A stretch of DNA of 63,947 nucleotides, the filler included, from Reticulomyxa filosa (Eukaryota > Protista > Foraminifera), in NCBI GenBank assembly GCA_000512085.1. It is 14 parts of 14 records of this genome, joined end to end, with 100 filler letters (N's around TTAATTAATTAA, not from the genome) between each part and the next. Parts side by side here need not be neighbours in the genome. Positions count along the whole stretch, not along the records: positions 6,858 to 16,113 come from ASPP01008319.1; positions 16,214 to 25,683 come from ASPP01004696.1; positions 25,784 to 37,543 come from ASPP01006147.1; 11 more parts are not named here. One strand, 5' to 3'. Under the pieces are notes generated by a model. It was not told where the DNA came from. It saw nothing but the letters and a program-made list of their open reading frames with translations, and ran no database searches. Positions 13,750 to 27,434 of this stretch are shown piece after piece. The translations under genes and the position numbers were made by a program. Every line of letters starts with the position of its first letter. Position 1 is the first letter of the stretch.

Positions 13750-16060
13750 TCATTTGCTTGGAACGGGCCATTGAGGCCACAAACCAACCCACGAGCCATT
13801 TTTTGCCGTTAAAAACTTGGCAAATCCATACCCTACAGTCAAACCCATTGCAACCAGGACTACGTCTTTTCGGGTGAGAATACTTACATCAAAACTCAAT
13901 GATACACGCCCATTGGTCCTATCGTAGGAAACTATCCCAGTTCTTTTTTCTTTTGGAGGATCGTTCTCAACAACTTCGGATTCTACTTGGGGACTTAGCA
14001 CTCTTTCTGTCAGTGGGATTCGAAGTCGTCCACTGTAGTCGGCAACATTAACATTACGGATTACACTTTGCGGACTATTGGCAGGTTCTTGTCGATGAGA
14101 ATTGTTAAATAGATTCATGTAAGAGAGTGAGTCTCCTTGTACCGTGATCTGTTTGTTAGTATCATATTTGCTTCCTTTTTCCAAATGCCCAGTAGATGCC
14201 ACGGCGTCTTCGGAAATGGCTTCATGTTCGCCGGGAACGGTTGGTTGTCTGGGATAACCTAAAATCCCAGCATCTCTTTCACCTAGTACATCTCGAAGCG
14301 AAAAAGCACGAGTATGCCGTACAGTCGGACGCTTGGGGAAAGCAGTGGTATCATCCCTAACTTCTTTTTCTTTGGTTCTGTCAGTGCTGAGACGTTTTCG
14401 ATTCAACGATTTTGGTGCTTTGGTCATCATTACTTTGTATTGTTGAGTAAACGAAGATGGAAAAATCGGAGGAGGAAGGCCTGTTTGATTATCGATGTAT
14501 TAGCCATACACAATATGTATATGAGCATATAAATACGTATATATGATGTATACACATATATAATATAAACATATGTAAACAAAGAATGAACCTAAAATCC
14601 AATTTTCTTCTTCTTTTAATAATTCATCACGAAAGCGAAGGCGAATGTCAGGGACATTGGTTTGATTGATATTATTTCCAGCAGGTCCACGCTGATAATA
14701 CTTTTTACCGATCCAATGTCGTTTGCAGTCTTCAGGAAAGCCGCATTGCAGAACGGAATTGCGAGCAATTTCGCACATGTCAATGGCGGAGAGTTTATAC
14801 ACCTGAGCGGCAATGGCATACTCTTCAATCAGCGGATCTTTGGTATAATGGATGAGTAGCGGATCGTCTGTGGACAAAGTTACATTTAAACCTCTTTGAA
14901 AAAAAGATGGGAACGGATTTTTATCGTATTCAATAAATAGCAAATTATTTGACAATGGAGACATAGAGATACCCACCTAGAGAATGACGTGTATTTTTTA
15001 ATGAGCTTAATTGATTTGTTTTTTTTTTTTTTGTTTTTTTCAAATTGGGGAAGAGTATGATATCAAGAGAGGGCCAACAAAAATAAACATATACCATATA
15101 CACATATATGTATATGTTTATTTTATTGACATGAGAAAAAAAAAAAAAAAGCAAAACTTGTTTCAAATAATATAAATATTGCAAAACAGGTGCTTTCTTC
15201 AAAGTCAAGCCATGATTGATGGCATGAGCGAGTAAGAAAGTGCTGGCGACATGGTCGATATCCCCAGCTTCGCCACTGTGTGGACGAAAGGCAAAAGCGT
15301 TCATACCTTTGGCCTCGCGCAGTTTGTTGAGGACATAGATATTGGCGTACAAGTAGTAGCACCAGAGGATGTAGGGCGGATTTTCATCGCTGTTCCAACC
15401 GTTGGGCAAAGGCAGGTCTTTGTATCGCGAGTTCTCTTGAATGCTTTCGTCATCGACGCTATCAAAGCCAACGACCAGTTTTAGGAACAGGTCCAACTCC
15501 ATATGCGACTGTGGATTGACCGTCACTTCAAACAAGGGACGGAAGATGTTGTCCAGCATATCACCAAAATTGTTCACTATTTTGCTCTGGCGATACACAC
15601 TAAACAGTCGTGGGATCTGGATCATCCATCGCACATTGGGACAATGCAATTTGTGCGTGCATACCCATGACGCAAGCACGTCCCACTCTTGATGCGCCTT
15701 GCCGTAGATGCTCAGTCGATACTCGGTGTATTGGTATTTGCTCTCCTTCAAATCGTCAAACACTTCGCGCGTCACTTCCGCCAAAAAACGCCCTTTAATG
15801 TGATTCTCCACCTTCAAAAACACCTGTCGCAATGTCGGCTCCCCAATCGGGTTATACTTCGCGTTGAATCGGTCGAACCGATGGAACGTCTGTCGGTGTC
15901 CATGCATATTCAGCAGGTCGATGCTCAAGTCGTACGATGTCAAGTTCAAGCGCTCGAACAGCTGCGACAAGCTCACGTCCTTCCCGTTCTCGTCCTTCAT
16001 CACCGCCAAATCGCCATTATGTTTCAATCGCGATTTTATAAATCGCAGCAAATGCTTTTG
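13750..16060 (-). CDS. AMPD: AMP deaminase (5' truncated) with long C-terminal extension; introns 14977-15157 and 14481-14591
   Basis: Motifs [54 protein letters not shown] and LSTDDP. The last exon 14480-13750 splices in frame. Confidence 0.95.
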
Positions 16061-16213
16061 CTAATTTTTTTATTCCAAACAATAATGTCCGTCAGATGAT
16101 AGTGAGACAACATNNNNNNNNNNNNNNNNNNNNNNNNNNNNNNNNNNNNNNNNNNNNTTAATTAATTAANNNNNNNNNNNNNNNNNNNNNNNNNNNNNNN
16201 NNNNNNNNNNNNN

Positions 16214-17003
16214 AAAGAAAAAGAAAAAGAAAAAAGATAAAGAAAAGGAAAAGAAAAAAGAAAAAGAACAAGTCAAATTGCAAAATCAAAAAGACAAACT
16301 ATCCAAAAAGTTAGAAAAAATCGAAGCCAAGTTACATTGCATGGGAGAAAATGAACGAAATCACCAGCATCAATATCAACAACTCAATTGCCAACGTGAA
16401 CTTCGACGCAAAGATGGCCAGATCTCGTGTATGTGCGGCGCTCCGCTGATTCACACCACTCCAATTGCGGCATACTACTCCGGTGCTCGAGTGAATTGTG
16501 ACATCTGTGGACTGTATTGTCCAAGCAACGGCGACATATATCACTGCCCCGCCGAAAAAACCAAGGATCATCCAGAGGGATACGATTTGTGTTTCAAATG
16601 CGTCCGCTTTCAAATGCGTTCTTTTCAGGATCAACACCAACAACACCTACGTCCGCACCACCAACGCCCGCTATGTCCAATGCAACTGCAGCCACAACCA
16701 CCATGCCATCAACAAAAACAACAGCTGGCGATGCAACAACAAAAAACAACCGAAGAGAAAGATCAGACCAAAGAACAGCCAAAACCGACTGCAAACAACA
16801 AGGACAGTGCACTGCCAAAGGGCGAGAGCCCTGTCAACTCTCCCAGTCCGATTGACCAGCTTGAAGGTTTCCAATATGCTACCGAAGCACGCAAGATCAT
16901 GAATATGGGTTTTTCGGATGTGGAGAAAATTAAATGCTTGTTGATCAGTAAAAAAGGTGACACCAATCAAGTAATTTCCCATTTGCTGTCGCGACAATTT
17001 TAA
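16214..17003 (+). CDS. ZZ-like zinc finger + C-terminal UBA domain protein (p62/NBR1-like architecture), 5' truncated
   Basis: CDICG..IYHC..GYDLCFKC is a ZZ-like pattern. ARKIMNMGFSDVEKIKCLLISKKGDTNQVISHLL contains the UBA MGF loop. Confidence 0.7.
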
Positions 17004-17020
17004 AATGGCAAGGCGAATAT

Positions 17021-17051
<31 letters not shown>

Positions 17052-17612
17052 TCGCTACTTTTTATTTTTCTTTCTTTCCTCCCTTGCTTTTTCAAATAAC
17101 AAAAATAAAATAATTACGTATTAATAAAAGTGTGTCTTGGCGCAAGACTTTACACTTTTCAAAGTTGACGGAACAAATTATCAAAAAAGAAACGTGTGTA
17201 TTCTTTTCTTTTTTTTTTTCTTCCTCTGGGCTGTGGAAACACAGGTCCAAAACACGTTAAGAAACCGTTTCTTGATTTTGGTTGGGTGATGACTAGATCG
17301 GCACAAGTCTCATCACTACAAAGTTATAAGTTGGTCTTTTTTTTTTCTATTTGTGCCAGTTGCCATTGTTTGCCAAGAGTGTTTTTGAATTTTTGGTTTG
17401 GTGTTTGTTTGTGCGACGTTGAGAAAAACTCAAAATATAAATTCGTTATGGCCCTGCATTTTGACTGAAGTTAGTCGTCATTCCTTAACTTTTTTGGGCT
17501 AGTTCTTTTTGGATTTTTTTCCCTTTTTCTCTATTGTTGTTTTCGAAGCAAAGGAAACAAAAATTTTTTTTAAAAAACTCGAAATCTCCCTTGAAACTTA
17601 AATAAATAAAAT

Positions 17613-18586
17613 ATGGCAAATCCATTTGATGATCAAGAAAATACAGCATACGAGGAAGTGCAACTCAAAACAAATAGTGATACCCAAGGACTAATAGCAC
17701 ATGATACAACAGCGAACTTGGTAAACTCGCAGGCGAAAGAACAAATATCGAATGCGTATGAGGCAACAGTGGACGACATAAAATCGGCCAATGCAGCAGT
17801 AGCGGATCACAATGAACGACCAGAGACACCTTCTTGGTTAGTAAAGTATTTTAATTGGTTCCCATTGCGTTGGTTTTTATTTTTTGGAGGAATGGCAATG
17901 ACAGCAATGGCAGTGTTCGACATGACATTTAATGCAAGCAGTGCGAAAGGAATTGGGAGTTTGGGATATTTTTTGTTGTTTTGCATAGGCATTGTAATGA
18001 TGTTAATTGAAGCACCAGTGTCAAAGATAACAAGGAGCTGTCAATTGGGAGTGTTTTTTTGGTTCCGTTTGTTAAGTCGATTGTGGGGACGTGCATGGTT
18101 TTATCTGTTTATTTCGTTGCTTTCCTTTTCTCAGTTCCCTGGCCTCGTTACCGCCACATCATTGGTAGGCATTTATTTACTCGCTTTGGTCCCTGCCATG
18201 CTTTTCATTAGTCGCACTGCCGCTGGTAAATATCAGCGCATCTATGTTTACATCGCTGGCGGCACCGAAGGAGAGGAACGAGAGGAGCGATTCAAACGCA
18301 AGTTTGATCAACTTGACGTTGCGAGAACTGGTTTTATTGCCTCGAGTTCTATTGTCCAATTGGCTGCTGAGGCGGGTCGTACTTTGTCTAATGCGGAAAG
18401 ACACGTTTTGTATTTTTTTCTTTTTTCTCCCTCCTTGTTTGTATTCGCTTGCATTCCTAATCTTACTTGGCTTGTTTTCAATAGGCTATTCAAACGTTTT
18501 TGGATGCCAGTTCCAATGGAAGGGTCAGCAGAGACGATTTTGTTAACCAATTTCGCACGTTTAATTTAAAGCAAAGATTTTTGTGA
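17613..18586 (+). CDS. COPI-associated (TVP15-like) multi-pass membrane protein fused to an EF-hand pair; intron 18405-18484
   Basis: Four hydrophobic helices with the LIEAP...FRLLSRLWGRAWFYLF motif, then DQLDVARTGFI and (after splicing) LDASSNGRVSRDDF EF-hand-like loops. Confidence 0.7.
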
Positions 18587-19549
18587 GCTTTTTTCCCTTT
18601 CCGTTCTTGTTCCGTTTTGCTTACTCTTGAAATCTTTTTTAAAAATGATTGTTGTTATGTTTATCTATAAGTAGTTCATTGCGTTACTTTTTTTTTTTTT
18701 ACATTTTTTAATCATTAGTTTATGTTGTGTGGGTCTTTTTCAATGCTTGGTTTTTTTTTAGTTGTTGGAAGACCATTGCAAAATGCGTGGGCTTCAAGCC
18801 TGCAAAAACATTTTCACATAAAATGCTCCTTTAATATAATAAATTAATACAAATGAAAGATTTTTATCGCATGGATTGATGTGACCCGACGTCAGGCCAG
18901 AAATCCAACTTTTCGACTAGTTGTACTCGCGTTATATTTTTCTGGTAGCCTCGTAGTGGCATATTTTTAATTTAATGGCCACATCTTTAAATTATACAAA
19001 CGTGTATTCTCTTTCATTTGTAATTTAATTTTTGGAAGGATTGACAGTTATATTCATGAATTTTAATATATAAATTTATCAATTAACATACAAAAATCTC
19101 AATAAAAAGATAAAGTTTAATTTTCAGAATTAGATCGTTTTCACGTTATTTAATAATTTGGAAAAGACTATTGGCCAGTTGACTAGTTATGATTTTTTTC
19201 CAAAAAAAAGGAAGAAGACAAGTCTAGACGTAGTTTTTTGAAATTTTATCATTGGACTACTGCTATATTGTTTTTACCAGAAGATAGAAAGACATTCTGT
19301 AGCATTTGAGATAGATATTGATTGAATAACATAAAGATGTCAAGATCACGATACATTTGGAGTGATCTTTATGATGAAAGTCGTCCTGACTTGCTGAAGA
19401 ACGATTAAAAGATATACTGTTTATCAACTTCTTGAGAACAATTTTGTAGAAAATTGAGCAAAATAAAAGTAAGAATGTTACATTATAATGCAAGCATTTT
19501 GAGATGACATCGCCAACTAATCGGAAATGCGATCGCATAAACCCAAAAA

Positions 19550-22150
19550 CGACATAAACGTACTAGCATCAGACCACAAGACAACAATGTTTTTATTTAT
19601 TTATATTATATTAATTTTTTAAATTTTTTGAACTAGAAGATATTAAAATTTAAACATATTATATGTATGTTGAAGTAATGACAAGTTTTTTTTTTATTAT
19701 ATGTGTATGCAGACAAAAGATCTAGACATTGAATCATTTGTGGATATTTGGCGACGAAGCAATTTTTGATTAATGCAAACTATATTCAATTGTATCTTTA
19801 TAATAATATATTTTATAATATCTTAGCAAGACCAGTTCGTTTAAATATTACGTGTTGGACGCGAAAATATTATGCAAATGTACGTTCATAATAAAGATAA
19901 TGGTTCTACGAATTATGATGATTGTTCAACAAGTATGAACATAGATACTACTAATTGCGCAAATAATGGCGAACATTTGATATGTGGTTGATACTTAAAT
20001 GACAACATTACATTATGCATATCGATGATTGGCCTGTCAATTGCTAAATAAGTGATTTGTTAATGATGTTGATATTAAGAAAGTGATAGTAGTAATATCA
20101 GCGTCATTGTCAGTGGATGCAGTAATTAGTCGATACGTCTATATTTTGTTAGACAATTGTATTTATTTGATCAAAGATATATTAATGTATTGAAGTATGT
20201 TTATGATCGAACAGTTACTGTATTATTTTGTTAAAATTTGTACAACTGAATCAATAAACTATCGAATTTATATTTGAGTTATCGTATTAACCATAATCAG
20301 TTTGTTGGACATACTTACTAAAAGATAATTTGTTTGATCGATTCAGCGCAAATTTATGCAAATTAATCATAGATAATACTATCAAACGTTTGAACTTGCG
20401 TTTCATAGTATATGTAAAATTGAAATTATCACTATATTGACTATGATAGTTTTACTACTATATATGATAAAAGAATCAATAACTGCATAATCAAGATGTT
20501 GAAATGAATATTTAAAGCTAAATAGATTACAAACGTTATTATATGACAGAAATCTGAAATTATTTTCAAATAGTTATAATTCATGACTAAGTGCATCACT
20601 ATGTTCGCATATGAAGTGATTAAATATATGTTACTGAACAAACACTAATACAAATAACTAGTAATTTGCCATTTACGCTATCTAGTATAAAAGCAAATGC
20701 TGAAATTGCAACAACAAAATTAAATGAAAATAATGATAATACAATTATCAATAAACTCAAATTCAAAAAGAAAAATAACTGCAAAAATTAATACGAAATA
20801 TTTTGCAAATTATTAAATTTTTACTTATTTTGAGAATGCACATTTAATCAATTATACATTATTTGATAATCATTCGTTTTCTTCGATGTATTAATTTATT
20901 ATTAATTTATCTTTTGAACAACAAAACGAACTGAAAATATTATTCATGAAGACGCAATTATGATATAAATAAATAAAAAATTTCTAATTGTTAGTTATAG
21001 TGAGATTTGAAACAAAACTACTTAATCAAATTGATTGCGATCGTTCAAACAAGTTACTTCAACATATTTGAAGCTAATTTTGAGTTTGACTGATAAAAGT
21101 TATTCTGTAATTTTGACTAATAAATTTCATTATAAAGTAAAGAAATTTGATTTAGAAATTGTAAATATCAAAATTATGATATTTATATCAATAAAATCAG
21201 ATGTTGCACAATAATTCGAAATAACTTGATACTATATCAATTATATTGAACAAAGAAAAGTTATATAATTTAGAACATATTTAAAAAAAAATTAAAGTAA
21301 TGTTATTAAATTTAATATAAATTATGTCATAATATAACATAATCTTTCATTCAAACAAATATGAAAGAAAGATTACAAAAGAAAAAATATATCACATGAT
21401 AACAAAGAAATTAATTGGAAAATGACAATGAATAGTAATTTGATTATATATACTAAAATACTTTAGCGATACATAAATAACAATTGTAATCGCAGCAATT
21501 GACGACAATGTATAAACTAAATAATGTCATTGTTGAAATTATTTGATGAAACGTGAAAATAATTTCAACAAAAGATGATGTGAACACATTTTCTCAGCAT
21601 TTATTATTTACGTACACTTGGAAGGAAATAGTAAATAAATAATAATTTTAAAGTATTGAATATAAGAAATCGAACATATAAAATTGCAAAATATAAAGAT
21701 GAAAAGTTATATATGAAGAAACTGAATATTAAAAACAAGGACACATTATCAATAATATTTATAAATTGCAGTTTAATTATATTAATAACAAAAATATTGA
21801 TATAGTTCAGAATTTAGTATATCCAGATAGCAGCTAAGTAGTTATGACTAATAAAGAGAAAGTTTAGTATTACATCATAGTTTCTAACACTAAAATGCTG
21901 TTGATAAATATAATAACATTATAATGTAGTCAAGTACAAATTATCAACCGTTATAGAAATAGTAATAATACTGAACACATATCATGGCAATATCATTTGC
22001 AAGAATAACATGCTAACAGTAACACTATAATGTGCTAGCATTATTATATAGTATTATTGCAATGCGCATTACATAATATCTTAGCGAAAATAATATTATA
22101 CAGTATAATGCAAAAGAAAGTTGACAGATAAAACTGCATTTTATATAGAT
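19550..22150 (+). pseudogene. Highly degenerate AT-rich gene relic(s), possibly WD40 family
   Basis: No ORFs. Residual IVSGCSN*SIRL (~20106-20141) resembles the WD40 IVSGSxDxTIRL motif. A-biased, coding-like texture. Confidence 0.3.
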
Positions 22151-23351
22151 TATCGATTTTTTTCATGAAGAAACAATATAATTAATTTTTTTAAAATTAT
22201 GTATTTATGTTGTTTTTCTAGAAGAAAATTGATCATCTGTATAATGTGCCGTTTTATGTGTCACTTTCTTTTGTATTTTATAGTATCAAACTAAGTTGGT
22301 GTTCTAGTATTTGCACAATACACACATTTATCCTTCGATGAGCAGATTTAATAAATGCTTTGATAAAAACTCAGTAATCAATCGCATTCAAAATTGTACA
22401 AGTGTGCATTAGAACTACCTTTTTTCCCAACAATTTTATTAGCAACTTCTCTTTTTCAATCATTTTCTATCTTGTTTGGTGAATTGTCATTGTGTATAAT
22501 TTTCTTTGATTTAATTTACTTCTATTGTAAAAGTGGCATACTTTTGTATTACACTTTGGGCCAGTCAAACAACAGTTCATATCTTACAAGATAAAAAACA
22601 AGAATTATACAATATATTGTACAATTGATCACTAGACTGTCATTGAGTGTAAGTTCACATTTTGGAACGTAGCTCCAGATTACTACAAACGCAGATTGTA
22701 CATGATCCAAAGACTACACTAATCCAATTTTTGACACGCTTGTAACGTACATCGACGTGGCTCTGTGTACTATCTGTAATCTTATGTGATTAGGGTTCGA
22801 TGTTTTTAAAAAATAAAAAGTCTGTTTGTTTTGATTTTTTATATTTTAATTTAAAAATAATTTTTTTGAAATTTTTGCAAACAAAATGGATGATTATTTT
22901 GTCAACAGGCTGTGAGCATATTGACGGTTTTTCTTGTAGAATGACAAAAGAAAAAGAGAAAAAAAATACCATCTAAAAAAAAAATGAAAAACGATCGACA
23001 CATTAATACGTACATTAATAAAACAAAACAAAAGAACAAAGTTTGAAAGACTGAAAAAGAAAGTTCAACGGGAACTACAGAAAAAAAAGACACCATAGAC
23101 AACACAAAAAAAACAAACAAACAACACCAAATAAATAAAAAAACAAAAAAAACAAAAGCACATCATAATCAAACGAAATATTTATTTGGCTGACAACAAA
23201 ACGAAACAATGCAAGCAAGCACAAATTATCTATTGCAATTATTTCACGAAATGCTGCCAAACATATTTGCAATTTTGTATAAAAAAAAAATATACGCACA
23301 TATATTTTTTTTAAAGATCTCCGCTAATGCAGTTTATAAAAGCAATATCCT

Positions 23352-25586
23352 TCAAAAGTCGTCACACCACTGATATAATTCGCCAGTAGGATCATCAAAT
23401 AAATCTTCATCACAATCTTCAACGTGCAAAAACACAAAATTTCTCAAGTCTTTGTTATTGTCGATACGAGGGATATAGGGTGCATGTAATTGTTGTGATG
23501 CAGTTTTTTCCCAATCAACAGTCTATCAAAATAAAAAAAGCTTAAGACGAAATCAAAATGAAGTAAAAAAAAAAAAAAAATGTTTATTACAAACTTGAAA
23601 CCAAGGATGCTTTTTGACATCTGCAGTGGCATGACGACCACTTCCAAGACGTTTGTGAGATTGCTTTTCCAATAAAGAGACAATAATATCTTGAGCTTGA
23701 GAAGATATTTTCGGACGTTCAGGAAATTCAACAGGTGATGTCAAAATTTTTTCATACATTTTGACATGTGCATCTTCTCGAAATGGGGGTCTTCCAAATA
23801 ACATTTCGTAAATAAAAATACCAAGTGCCCACCAATCAACCGTGGCTTTTTGTGTCCAGCACCGAATAGTCTCTGGAGGCAAATACTCTGGAGTTCCACA
23901 TAATGAAGAAGAGTCATCCAATTTCTTGGCAAAGCCAAAATCAATCAATTTACAATATCCATTATTTGCAAGTAACAAATTTTCTGGTTTCAAATCACGA
24001 AAGATAAGTTGTTTGGCGTGAATGTATTCAAATGCACACACAACACAACTGGCATAAAATTTGGCAACAACCTCATCAAATCTTTTATTAAATCTCAATA
24101 AATAAAATAATTCACCTCCCAATACTGGTTCCATTAATAGATACACATGTAATCGATCTTGATAAGTAGCAAACAATTGCACACAAAAATTATTATTCAA
24201 ATTGGCCAGGATATTGCGTTCATTTTGAACATGCTTTTCTTGCCGGGTTTCAATTACTTTATTCTTTCGAATTTTCTTCAGTGAATATGTTATTCCAGTG
24301 TTGGGATCTTCCACTAATGACACCGTTCCATATGCTCCAACACCCAATATCCCAATCACTTTTAGTTTTTCCAATGAGCAGTCGATTTGATTGACAAATG
24401 GTTTGCTTGGTTCATCTTTGTGTTCATCATCATCGATGGAATTCCATTTTTCCTCCTCTTCCTCTTCCTCTTTCTCTTTCTCTTTTCCGTCCTCTTCCTC
24501 CTCTTCTATTGCAGGAGAACGCAAAGGAGAAGAAGAAGCTAAAGAAGAAGAAGGAGAAGAGGAAGAATCTATCTTATTGTTGTCATCATAATCGTTACCC
24601 TTTCGTTCATCCCTTTCATGCCTTCTTTTTTGCTGTTCTCTTGCTTTTGACTCTGCAGAGACTGTGTTGTTCACTTGCTCCATTAGCTCTTTGAACAAAC
24701 GTGAAGATAACGCGTAGCTTTTCAATTTCTTCGAGGTCACCTCTATCGTGAATGGCTGTTTTACATTCAACTGAATTTCTTTGGCTCCAAAATAGTTGGC
24801 AGCTGATTTTTTTGCTTTGTAGTTTTTCACTACTACCTCTTTGTTTTCGTTCGCATCGTATTTACGGCCCTCTGCTGTTCCATTCACTATGATCTGAAAA
24901 AACATCACTTCGTCACCTTCCAACACGATTTTGTCTCCACATTGATAGTTCATGCAGCGCAATTTGTCACAGGTCATCAGCAATTGCTCAAATGTACATT
25001 TTTCCTTTTTTTTTTTGGTTTTTTTTTTTTTTTGTGTCACCCTTGCTCCAAAGTTTCTCAAATTTTTTTTTTTTTTTAACAAAAAAATAGATCAACTCCA
25101 AAACTGAAAAGAGGAATGGATTGCAACATTTGTAATTTGTCATTTCTTCTTTTGGTGATTTCCATAAACACATGAACATCCAATGCCCACACTCGACATC
25201 CTTCTAACGCTTCAACTGTCGAAGAGGTATCAACTCCATACAATAAAGCTTTTTCTCCAAAGACGTCTTTTCGTTTGTAATATTGTTTTCGAGACGGAAT
25301 TTCGCTCAAGGAAGATAGATTTGAATTGTTCCGAACGGATTTAGTTGCAGTGATATCATCAACAACAGAAGTAGCAGAAGCAATGGAATCGTCGTCATCG
25401 TTCGATTGTCCTCGGAGACGCCCTTTTTCAACCACAAAAAACCCTCGATTTGGTTCCTCTTCGCACGTAATTTTTTGTCCTTTGCGAATATCCACACAGT
25501 ACATAAATGTTATTATTCTCTCCGTTATATTCGAACAAAACGATTCAAACAGCACATGTTTCGACAGCACCTTTTGCAAAAACTGT
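23352..25586 (-). CDS. cGMP-dependent protein kinase-like AGC kinase with two cNMP-binding-like domains, 5' truncated
   Basis: Kinase motifs GVGAYG, FRDLKPEN, DFGFAK and CGTPEY. AGC tail (APYIP..WCDDF*) follows intron 23523-23594. Upstream CNB-like segments contain FGEKALLYG and YFGAKEI. Confidence 0.88.
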
Positions 25587-25647
25587 CTTCAAACACAAAA
25601 CACAGAATACAGAATACAAATTAAATATACTCCAATGAAAATAAAAG

Positions 25648-25683
<36 letters not shown>

Positions 25684-25783
25684 NNNNNNNNNNNNNNNNN
25701 NNNNNNNNNNNNNNNNNNNNNNNNNNNTTAATTAATTAANNNNNNNNNNNNNNNNNNNNNNNNNNNNNNNNNNNNNNNNNNNN

Positions 25784-27063
25784 TCCTTTTGTTTTTTTTT
25801 CTCTCTTTCTTTTTCTTCTTCTTCTTCTTCTCTTTCCTCTTCCTCTTTCAATTGGAGTGTATTGAGATCTGTATGTTTTGGCACCAGCCGATATTGCACT
25901 TCAAATAAACTCGCACCTTCTTTGAAAGCAACTTCATTGGCCTTCCACGATATCTTTTCATTTGAACGTATATGTACATATACATGTGTATACTATATAT
26001 GTACATACATATGTGAAATAAAATACTTAACTTGCAAAGACTGGCATGTAGCTTTGACAAGACTGACAACGGGTATGGCTGGGGTGTCACAGTTGTCAAT
26101 CTTCACACTGTCAATTGTCTGTTGTTTTTTGTTTTTTTTTTCACTTTTAAAACTAATGTCTTGCACGTATACGTTCCAACAAAACACAAAGAACCTTGCG
26201 AAAGAGAGAGTGCGAATGGGAAAAAGCGATACGTGGTTGAGTGGAAAGATGCAAAGGAGGAAATTTATGACGATCCAATTCATCACATGCCTGAGACAAT
26301 TTAAGGCGGCGTGTTTCGTTTCTTATCTTCGGATCTTCCAACCATTTTTCATACTTTTCTGTTATCTTTTTTTTTTTTTTTTTTTTTTTTTTTGGTGTTT
26401 CATTATATATAGAAAAGTGCACCAAATACATAGTCCTCTATTTTAAATATTTGAGACAAACTTGTTGCAATAAAAGTACTTCACGCTCACAACTCTGTTT
26501 TTGTTGACGAAATGAAATGAGCTTGTCTTGGGCAATTTGCTGACAGGTTTGCAATAAACTCTCTTTCGTTTCTTCGCATTGATCGATACAATGTTTTATT
26601 TGTAGCTCCATATTTTCTTTGCTTTCTTCTACTTTGGAGTCTAAATTTGCCACTCCATCTCTTAGGGCAGCTGCAAAACCTTCCAACTCCTTTTCTAACT
26701 CTGTCAAGTCTCTCACACTTTGCTTTTCTTCCGTGCTTATCATCCCTCTTTTCTTTCGCAATGATTCGATCGCGTTCTTTAAACGATTGGTTTCTTCAAA
26801 GTCTATTCCTAAATCTTTGCAAAACGATCTGAAATATAAACATTATAACCATAGTAAATAATTCTTTGTTTATGCGTAGCATATTGTTTGTTGTTGTAGT
26901 TCAACTGTATGTCTTCTTGGTCAAAATCCATTAGCTCTGTTATGTCGATATTCCTTTCTTCAAACGTTTTCCCAAGTGCCTCCAAGTCATTTTGTTTCAA
27001 CCAAGAGGAGATGACAAAATCTCTGTCATATGGCCCTTTTTCTTCTGTGCTATTTACTGACAT
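25784..27063 (-). CDS. SAM-domain + coiled-coil (+ FN3-like) protein, multi-exon, 3' truncated
   Basis: WLKQNDLEALGKTFEERNIDITELMDF..KDLGI..RLKNAIESL fits a SAM pattern. A coiled coil follows, then P..P..SW..FEVQY (FN3-like). Confidence 0.6.
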
Positions 27064-27434
27064 TTTTGTGATTAATGTGTAAAAATAACAATGCCGGGGA
27101 CAGTTTCGCAAAAATTAGTCTAACTTTTGTTATTGCTGAGTCTAAGTTACAATTTCAAATAGTGCAAATGGCCAAAACTATCTTCTTTTTGTAGGTAAAG
27201 TCAGAAACTAGTTTTTGAAGCCAACTGTAGATCACGTTCGGACCGTCAATATTAAGCTCGGAACTTTGTTTGCCCTAATTTTAAAATGAGTTAATTTGTA
27301 AAAAAAATAAAGTAGCGTATTAATGCAGAGGAAATGTGTAAATATGGAAAAGAGATTATGCGTTTTTTTGAGAGGGGAGAGGGGGGTGAAAGAGAAGGGG
27401 ATATTGAAGTGAATATTTGCGTTGAATTAGGAAA

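Noticed and set aside
26032-26304. Plus-strand ORF with chromodomain-like text (NGKKRYVVEWKD)
   Set aside because: It is antisense to a well-spliced exon of the SAM/coiled-coil gene, has no supporting gene structure, and is probably coincidental.
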